Source: Spirochaetia bacterium | Lineage (GTDB): Bacteria > Spirochaetota > Spirochaetia > CADAEX01 | Assembly (NCBI GenBank): GCA_017446885.1 | Contig: JAFSOR010000009.1 | Span: 102,159 to 166,158, forward strand | Reading direction: 5' to 3' | Length of the DNA stretch: 64,000 nt | In this document: piece after piece, positions 50,081 through 56,320 of the stretch | Layout: each line of letters opens with the position of its first letter | Position numbering within the stretch: the stretch's first letter is position 1 | The notes under the pieces: generated by a model | The model's database searches: none | What the model was told of the DNA's origin: nothing | What the model saw: only the letters and a program-made list of their open reading frames with translations | Made by a program: the position numbers and the translations under genes

Positions 50081-50782
50081 ATGCATTTCGGATTCAATGA
50101 GATGATGTGGTTTGCTGTGCTTATAGTGAACTTCATCATAGTATTGGCTGTCTACCGTTTCATGGGAAAGACAGGTCTTTTCGTATGGATGGCTATTGCC
50201 AGCATCCTGGCAAATATCCAGGTACTTAAATTGGTGGAATTCTTCGGGTGGAATATAACTTTGGGCAATGTGCTCTATGGCACATCATTCCTGGCTACTG
50301 ATATTATCTCGGAGAACTATTCCAAGGAGCTGGCCCATAAATCGATATGGGTAGGGTTCTTTGCCATGATCTCCATGATCATACTCATGACACTCTCCTG
50401 CCTTTTCATACCTGCTGCCGATGACTTTATCTCGGAGCCTATGAAGGCTATTTTCACCGTAATCCCACGGGTATCATTCGCAAGCCTTATCGCTTATCTG
50501 GTATCTCAGAACTTCGATGTATGGGCATACCATTTCTGGAAAAATAAGTTTCCTGATACTAAGTTCATTTTTATACGGAACAACCTGAGCACCATGACAA
50601 GCCAGCTTATAGACAGCGCAATATTCACCACTATAGCTTTTGCCGGGATGTATCCTTTCAAGGTGCTGGTTCAGATTATCATCTCCACCTATGTGCTCAA
50701 ATGGCTGGTGGCTTTCTTTGACACCGGATGTGTATACATAGCTGCCAGCTGGTTCAAGAACAGTAAAGTCCGGGAGATGTGA
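50081..50782 (+). CDS. queuosine-precursor transporter (YhhQ/COG1738 family)
   Basis: 6-7 TM protein with family-typical motifs; start placed at the ATG at 50081, 6 nt downstream of GGGAG (the ORF-track start at 50057 lies inside the riboswitch). Confidence 0.75.
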   Translation: MHFGFNEMMWFAVLIVNFIIVLAVYRFMGKTGLFVWMAIASILANIQVLKLVEFFGWNITLGNVLYGTSFLATDIISENYSKELAHKSIWVGFFAMISMIILMTLSCLFIPAADDFISEPMKAIFTVIPRVSFASLIAYLVSQNFDVWAYHFWKNKFPDTKFIFIRNNLSTMTSQLIDSAIFTTIAFAGMYPFKVLVQIIISTYVLKWLVAFFDTGCVYIAASWFKNSKVREM

Positions 50783-51411
50783 TGGATAAAGGCTTTAAGG
50801 AATATCTTGACCAGTTTGTTGAGTTCACCAGCCAGTATAATAAAGAGATTTATTATGCAAATCAGGGACGGGATGATATACAGTCGCCAGTAGAGCCTGA
50901 GATAGGGCGTTTTCTGGCATTCCTCATCAAGAGTACTGGTGCAAGGAAAGTTCTGGAGCTGGGAACCGGGGTAGGAAACTCGACTATATGGCTTGCTGAG
51001 GCAGTAAAGGAAATTGGCGGCAATGTCACCACTGTTGACAACCATCCCCGCACCTGGAAGGAAGCCTGCGGGAATATAGAGAAATCGGGGCTTAAAGATT
51101 ATGTTGTCATGATACATTCCGACGTGGATGAAGCCACACGCAAGCTTAAAGAAGAAGGAGCAGTATTTGACATAATCTTCCAAGACTGCGGAAAATATAC
51201 CTACACAGTTATCTACGAGGATGTGGCAGCTTTGGTTAGAAAGGGCGGTATAATTGTTGCCGACGACACCATGTTCCCTGTATGCCAAGGGGTCAGACCC
51301 AACCTGGGCCGCCACATGGACCGGTACAACAGGCTGGTTTTTGCAGACCAGCGCTTCTTCTCCACCATGCTTCCAGTGGGTCACGGTCTGACCTTAAGCT
51401 GGAAAAAATAA
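50779..51411 (+). CDS. class I SAM-dependent O-methyltransferase (family 3, TrmR/YrrM-like)
   Basis: SAM motif VLELGTGVGNST; overlaps the yhhQ stop by 4 bp (co-transcribed). Confidence 0.7.
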   Translation: MMDKGFKEYLDQFVEFTSQYNKEIYYANQGRDDIQSPVEPEIGRFLAFLIKSTGARKVLELGTGVGNSTIWLAEAVKEIGGNVTTVDNHPRTWKEACGNIEKSGLKDYVVMIHSDVDEATRKLKEEGAVFDIIFQDCGKYTYTVIYEDVAALVRKGGIIVADDTMFPVCQGVRPNLGRHMDRYNRLVFADQRFFSTMLPVGHGLTLSWKK

Positions 51412-51443
51412 TAACAATTGATGAGAACTCCGGAGAATAAATT

Positions 51444-53105
51444 ATGAAAAAGAATTTGAAACGGTTGATTATTGCTGTTCTCGCACTTTGCCTTTTCAGC
51501 CTTGCAACATGTAAAAGCCCATCTTCTTTAACCGGAACGGAAGATGGTGCGAAGGGTAACGAGGCAGTGAGAGTCGTCTGTGAAAACGGCATCATGCTGG
51601 GAAAGTCCTCAGATGGAGTCATATCCTTCAAGGGTGTCCCGTTTGCAAAACCGCCTGTGAATGAACTTCGCTGGAAAGCGCCTCAGGCTCTGGCCCCGAG
51701 TGATCAGGAGATCAAATGCTACGATTTCGGATACACCGCGCTGCAGTATGAGTGGCCGTCTGAACTGGCGTCATATTCACCTAAAAGCGAAGACTGTCTG
51801 ACGCTGAACATCTGGGAGAAAGAAGGGATCATCGGCAGTGAAGAACAAAAACCCGTGATGGTATTTTTTCACGGAGGCGCTTACGGATGGGGAGGAACTA
51901 CAGATCCTGTATATAACGGACAGAATTTTGCAAAGGCACACGACGATGTTATTATAGTAACTTGTAATTATCGTCTCGGGCTTATGTCGTTTGCAGATTT
52001 TTCCAAGGTCGAAGGGGGAGAAGAATACACTGATATCAATCTCGGAATCCGTGATCATATCGCTGCGTTGCAGTGGATACAAAAGAATATAAGCGGATTC
52101 GGGGGAGATCCTGATAATGTTACTATATTCGGCGAATCGGCAGGCGCATGGTCCACTACCGCTCTGACAATCTCGCCTAAGGCAAGAGGACTGTTTAAGA
52201 GAGCTATCGCCCAGAGCGGACAGGTTGCGCCAAAAAGCAGAGAAGATGCTCAGAAGTATGCGGAGTTCATCATGCAATCAAGCGGCGCCAAAAATATGAA
52301 AGAGCTAATGGCTATTTCGGGAGAAGAGTGGATGAAAATCGACGCCGAGAAGATGATAGCCGACGAATGCTGTTATGTGGTTGCCGATGGGGATATCATT
52401 CCCGAAGATTTCGACAAGGCAATCGAGGATGCTGCAAAGAGGGGGATACAGCTGCTCATTGGGACAAATAACGATGAATGGAATTACTTTCAAGAGGATT
52501 CCATAGGAAAAACCACACAGGAGAAATTCAATTCCTGGGTAGAAGGAATGGATGGTATAATCGCCGGAGCCCGCGACATGACGGATAATGAAGGAAAAGC
52601 GGCAATCGAAGAACTTATCCAATACGAAGAGAATATTGTTCCTGAGGAATATGCAGGCGATGAAAAGGTTAAGTCTGCCCTGACCAAGTCTGGGGTTGTA
52701 TCAGAACTGTGGAGATACGAGATACTGAATTTTGCTGACAAGTTCGCAGACGCCGGAGGAGATACATACGTATATCTTTGGAATGTTCCTTCAACCAGAG
52801 ATGATATGTATAAGAGCGCGGTTCACGCTGTTGAACTGCCATATATATTCAATAATATGGAGACAGATCAATGCGCCGGAGAAGTTGCCCCCAATGTAGC
52901 CGCAAAAGCACAGAAATCATGGATCAGCTTTGCAAAGACAGGAGACCCGACCGTCCAGGGGGTGGACTGGAAGAAATACAACACAGCCGAAAGAGATATA
53001 ATGGTCATAGAAAAGGATAAGTGGGATTGTATTCCCGATCCTTCAAACACAGCGCGTGAGCTTCTATGGAAGGCGTTTAAAGACGAGCCATACCATGTAT
53101 GGTGA
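51444..53105 (+). CDS. carboxylesterase type B (para-nitrobenzyl-esterase-like), lipoprotein
   Basis: lipobox SLATC; nucleophile elbow GESAGA; HGGAY oxyanion region; 553 aa. Confidence 0.85.
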   Translation: MKKNLKRLIIAVLALCLFSLATCKSPSSLTGTEDGAKGNEAVRVVCENGIMLGKSSDGVISFKGVPFAKPPVNELRWKAPQALAPSDQEIKCYDFGYTALQYEWPSELASYSPKSEDCLTLNIWEKEGIIGSEEQKPVMVFFHGGAYGWGGTTDPVYNGQNFAKAHDDVIIVTCNYRLGLMSFADFSKVEGGEEYTDINLGIRDHIAALQWIQKNISGFGGDPDNVTIFGESAGAWSTTALTISPKARGLFKRAIAQSGQVAPKSREDAQKYAEFIMQSSGAKNMKELMAISGEEWMKIDAEKMIADECCYVVADGDIIPEDFDKAIEDAAKRGIQLLIGTNNDEWNYFQEDSIGKTTQEKFNSWVEGMDGIIAGARDMTDNEGKAAIEELIQYEENIVPEEYAGDEKVKSALTKSGVVSELWRYEILNFADKFADAGGDTYVYLWNVPSTRDDMYKSAVHAVELPYIFNNMETDQCAGEVAPNVAAKAQKSWISFAKTGDPTVQGVDWKKYNTAERDIMVIEKDKWDCIPDPSNTARELLWKAFKDEPYHVW

Positions 53106-53230
53106 TATATATATCCTGACCCTCAGCTGGAAAAGATAATATATCTTATAAAATATATTGCTGTCTCTATTTATTTTTGCATTATTATATGATAATCTTT
53201 ATAATTGGAGGCATAATTATTCCAATCGAT

Positions 53231-53896
53231 ATGACAAAAATTACAAAGGAAATGGCTGCTAAAGCATTGGAGTGCAAGACAGCCGATGACCTGGTTTCCC
53301 TTGCTAAGGCCAACGGTGTCACGCTTACAAAGGAAGAGGCTGAGGCCTACTTGGCTGACCTTGAGGATGTTGAACTTGACGAGAAAGCTCTTGATAAAGT
53401 GGCAGGAGGATCCTGTTACACTCAAACGTCTTGCGATAATAATGAATGTAATCCCGCCCACCCCAAGTGCTTTACAGGCGATTCAGAGGTGGCTGTGCCT
53501 GGCGGTGTAAAGTGCATCAAGGATTTGCAGCTTGGAGACAAAGTTATTACCTTGGATGCATCTGGGAAGGAGATTGTAGGCGTGGTGACCGAAGTGGTTC
53601 CGCCGACAGAAGAGGATATTGTGGAGGTCACTTTCTCCAATGGCACACTTTGGCGGACAACCGAAAGCCAGACCCTGTATCTGGGACATGAGCAGAATTA
53701 TATGGTAAAGGATGCGAAAGGAAAGAAAGCCCTTTTACGTGATGGCGGAACTGCCACTGTGACAGATGTCAAGTTCACAGGAAAGCGGGAGACAGTATAT
53801 GACGTTCTGGTTGGCGAGGAGGAGGATGAGGATGTCATCTTCGTCTCTGGAATTGCTGCCGAAGGATATTTTACCAAGGGTGAGCGAGGACTGTAA
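53231..53896 (+). CDS. leader-peptide precursor: Nif11-like double-glycine leader (60 aa) + 19-aa Cys-rich core + C-terminal Hint (hedgehog/intein-like) domain
   Basis: leader ...ELDEKALDKVAGG; core SCYTQTSCDNNECNPAHPK; Hint block A CFTGDSEVAV, GDKV, block F-like VYDVLV...VIFVSGIAAEG; possible ATT start at 53219 at ideal SD spacing. Confidence 0.7.
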   Translation: MTKITKEMAAKALECKTADDLVSLAKANGVTLTKEEAEAYLADLEDVELDEKALDKVAGGSCYTQTSCDNNECNPAHPKCFTGDSEVAVPGGVKCIKDLQLGDKVITLDASGKEIVGVVTEVVPPTEEDIVEVTFSNGTLWRTTESQTLYLGHEQNYMVKDAKGKKALLRDGGTATVTDVKFTGKRETVYDVLVGEEEDEDVIFVSGIAAEGYFTKGERGL

Positions 53897-53914
53897 TGAA
53901 AAAGAGGAGGAAAA

Positions 53915-54145
53915 ATGCCTATCGATAAGACAAAAATTTCAAAGGCAATGCTTGAAAAAGCGAGAGAGTGCAAGACAGCCGATGAGCTGATGATCCGGGC
54001 AAAGGCCGAAGGTTTCATACTGACAAAAGAAGAGGCCGAGGCTTACATGGACGAGCTGGATGACATTGAACTGGACGAGAAAGCACTTGATAAAGTGGCA
54101 GGTGGAAACTGTTATACAAAGTGTGCTTTAGAAGGCCCGATGTAA
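53915..54145 (+). CDS. small Nif11-like double-glycine-leader precursor peptide, core NCYTKCALEGPM
   Basis: strong RBS GAGGAGG; leader MPIDKTKISKAML...LDEKALDKVAGG; 76 aa. Confidence 0.7.
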   Translation: MPIDKTKISKAMLEKARECKTADELMIRAKAEGFILTKEEAEAYMDELDDIELDEKALDKVAGGNCYTKCALEGPM

Positions 54146-54166
54146 GATTATACAAGGAGGAAAAAT

Positions 54167-54400
54167 ATGAAAATTGACAAGACAAAAATTTCAAAAGCAA
54201 TGATTGATAAAGCTTTGAAGTGCGAATCTGCTGAGGAGCTGATGGCTATTGCTAAGGCTGAGGGTCTTGAAATCACCAAAGATGAGGCAGAGGCATACAT
54301 GGCAGAGCTTGACAACATGGAACTGGACAATGCTGCTCTGGATAATGTGGCTGCTGGTTATTGTCATCGTACCACCCCATGCACGGAAGTATTTCGTTGA
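54167..54400 (+). CDS. small Nif11-like leader precursor peptide (leader ends VAAG), core YCHRTTPCTEVFR
   Basis: RBS AGGAGG; leader MKIDKTKISKAMI...LDNAALDNVAAG; 77 aa. Confidence 0.65.
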   Translation: MKIDKTKISKAMIDKALKCESAEELMAIAKAEGLEITKDEAEAYMAELDNMELDNAALDNVAAGYCHRTTPCTEVFR

Positions 54401-54451
54401 TCGGCATTCACTGCATAATAATCAGTGAACCACGAGTAGTATTAGGAGACA

Positions 54452-54691
54452 ATGAATACGGCAAACATCAACAAAAATGACCTGACAAAGGAACAGGTTG
54501 CTAAGGCGATGGCCTGCAAAACTGCGGAGGAACTGATGGCTCTGGCAAAATCCGAGGGCATGGAACTTACGAAAGAAGAGGCCTAGGCTTACATGGCAGA
54601 GATTGAGGACGTTGAACTTGATGAGAAAGCTCTTGATAAAGTGGCCGGCGGTGGCTGTTACTCAGATTGTAAAGCTGAAGCTTGGCTTTAA
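54452..54691 (+). pseudogene. fourth leader-peptide precursor copy with an in-frame TAG at 54584..54586 (core GCYSDCKAEAWL)
   Basis: RBS AGGAG; MNTANINKNDLTKEQVAKAMACKTAEELMALAKSEGMELTKEEA-stop-AYMAEIEDVELDEKALDKVAGGGCYSDCKAEAWL; GAG-to-TAG relative to the paralogs. Confidence 0.55.
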
Positions 54692-54705
54692 TTTAGGGGG
54701 AATAT

Positions 54706-54813
54706 ATACCGATTGATAAATCAAAAATCACCACAGAGATGATCGAGAGGGCCAAGCAGTGCGAGAATGCCGATGAACTGGTGGCTCTTGCCAAAAAAAG
54801 GAGAACAATATGA
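54706..54813 (+). pseudogene. fifth leader copy remnant: start codon ATA, leader truncated after ...ELVALAKK, runs into the next gene's RBS
   Basis: translation IPIDKSKITTEMIERAKQCENADELVALAKKRRTI aligns with the N-termini of copies 1-3. Confidence 0.4.
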
Positions 54814-55202
54814 AGTCAGTATATGAATTCATAAAGAAGTGCGGTGTATATTACCTGGCCACAGTGGAAGGGGACCAGCCCCGGGTGAGGCCATTCGGCA
54901 CTATAAATATCTTCGAGGGAAAGCTCTATATCCAGACAGGGAAGGTGAAGCCCGTATCCAAGCAGATTGCTGCTGATCCGAAGGTGGAGCTCTCATGTTT
55001 TGACGGCGCTACATGGTTAAGGCTTTCCGGCACACTGGTCAACGACGACCGTATTGAGCCTAAGATTGATATGCTTGTGCATTTCCCTGAGCTCAAATCT
55101 ATCTATGCAGCTGACGATGACAACACCCAGGTGCTCTATTTCAAGGATGCCAAGGCTGTGTTCTCCACCTTCACAGCACCACCAAAAGTAGTAGAGTTCT
55201 AA
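54810..55202 (+). CDS. pyridoxamine-5'-phosphate-oxidase-family (split-barrel FMN-binding) protein
   Basis: 130 aa; PNPOx-like pattern (VYYLATVEGDQPRVRPF...). Confidence 0.55.
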   Translation: MKSVYEFIKKCGVYYLATVEGDQPRVRPFGTINIFEGKLYIQTGKVKPVSKQIAADPKVELSCFDGATWLRLSGTLVNDDRIEPKIDMLVHFPELKSIYAADDDNTQVLYFKDAKAVFSTFTAPPKVVEF

Positions 55203-56320
55203 ACCAGTTTTGCAATATCCTGGCAGCAGCGCTCTATCACATGCCGGGCAGGAGGGAAAGTATCTATCTGCCTGCTCATGTAGCTGATGATGCGCACACA
55301 GCCTAAAAGCTGGGCCTTTTGTGCTGTCTCCTTAAGTATTGCCTGGTCTTCGGTGCCCAGATACAGCCTTAGGCTTTTATCCCAGATGTAGCTGGCAGTC
55401 TTAACAGAAATGCCTAAGAAGGCGGCAGCGTTGGGGTCTATGTCCGGGAACTCCTTGTAGGAGTTGTACAGTGTTGCCAGCTCGAAGATGGGGTCTCCTG
55501 TGCATATTGTGTCCATATCTATGAGCATAGGCTCGCCGTCGCAGATCAGGAAGTTCTTCAGGTGAGTGTCGGCATGGAGCAGGCTTAGGCTGTCCGGCAC
55601 ATCGTTTATGGCCTTTATAAGCTTTCCATATATCTCCTGGGAGAAATAATCTTTTATTCCCTGGGCCCAGGATAGGGTTTTTTCCTTCATGTCAGGCAGT
55701 TCCCCGGGCTTCATCTGGATCGAATGGATCTGCTTTATCAGAACCACCGATTTTTCTATGAAGTCATCCAGCTCCTTCTGTCCACGATTCACATATTCCG
55801 ATGACATTTCTGCATTTATAAGCTCGAAGACTGCGCCGTACTGGTCGCCTACCATGACTATGTCGTAGGGGATGGCGGTGGGAACCCCTTTGACAAAGGC
55901 CTTCCGGGAAAGCTCCCGCTCCCTGTCCACCGTCTCCATTGCAGTCCCTTTGTTGTAGACCTTCACAATGGTGTCCGGTGCGATGCGGTATACTGCGCCA
56001 TGGGCACCCCGTCCCAGCTCCCTGCATCCCTCTATGCTTATCTTCCTCAGGGCCTTCTGCACCTTGAGGATCTCCACAAACCCGGTCATGTCGAATATCT
56101 CGTAGACAGCGGGCTGGGCGTTGATCACCTGCACATCTTTGTATTTCTGTGCCAGGCGGAGGAGGATACGGAGTCCTGCGCTGGATATGTATTCAAGCTT
56201 CTCTGCGTCAAGGACAATGGTGCCGGGAATCCCGCTGCCTACAGCCTGCAGTATCTCCTTTTCCCACTGGGCTGAGTTTGTGCTGTCTATATGGCCGGAA
56301 AGGGGGATGGTCTTTGTCAT
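55199..56320 (-). CDS. STAS-domain fused to an aminoglycoside-phosphotransferase/choline-kinase-like kinase
   Basis: N-terminal ~100 aa STAS-like; Brenner-type catalytic loop HADTHLKNFL and metal-binding IDMD. Confidence 0.55.
   Translation of the reverse strand: MTKTIPLSGHIDSTNSAQWEKEILQAVGSGIPGTIVLDAEKLEYISSAGLRILLRLAQKYKDVQVINAQPAVYEIFDMTGFVEILKVQKALRKISIEGCRELGRGAHGAVYRIAPDTIVKVYNKGTAMETVDRERELSRKAFVKGVPTAIPYDIVMVGDQYGAVFELINAEMSSEYVNRGQKELDDFIEKSVVLIKQIHSIQMKPGELPDMKEKTLSWAQGIKDYFSQEIYGKLIKAINDVPDSLSLLHADTHLKNFLICDGEPMLIDMDTICTGDPIFELATLYNSYKEFPDIDPNAAAFLGISVKTASYIWDKSLRLYLGTEDQAILKETAQKAQLLGCVRIISYMSRQIDTFPPARHVIERCCQDIAKLV

Noticed and set aside
53177-53230. N-terminal extension MHYYMIIFIIGGIIIPID of the ORF-track call for precursor 1
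   Set aside because: It is translation of the promoter/SD region (it contains the GGAGG). The paralog alignment shows the peptide starts at or just before the PID motif.
53468-53896. Hint domain as a true protein-splicing intein
   Set aside because: There is no C-extein (the ORF ends with the domain), no terminal His-Asn and no +1 nucleophile. The domain is Hog/BIL-like (N-terminal cleavage only).
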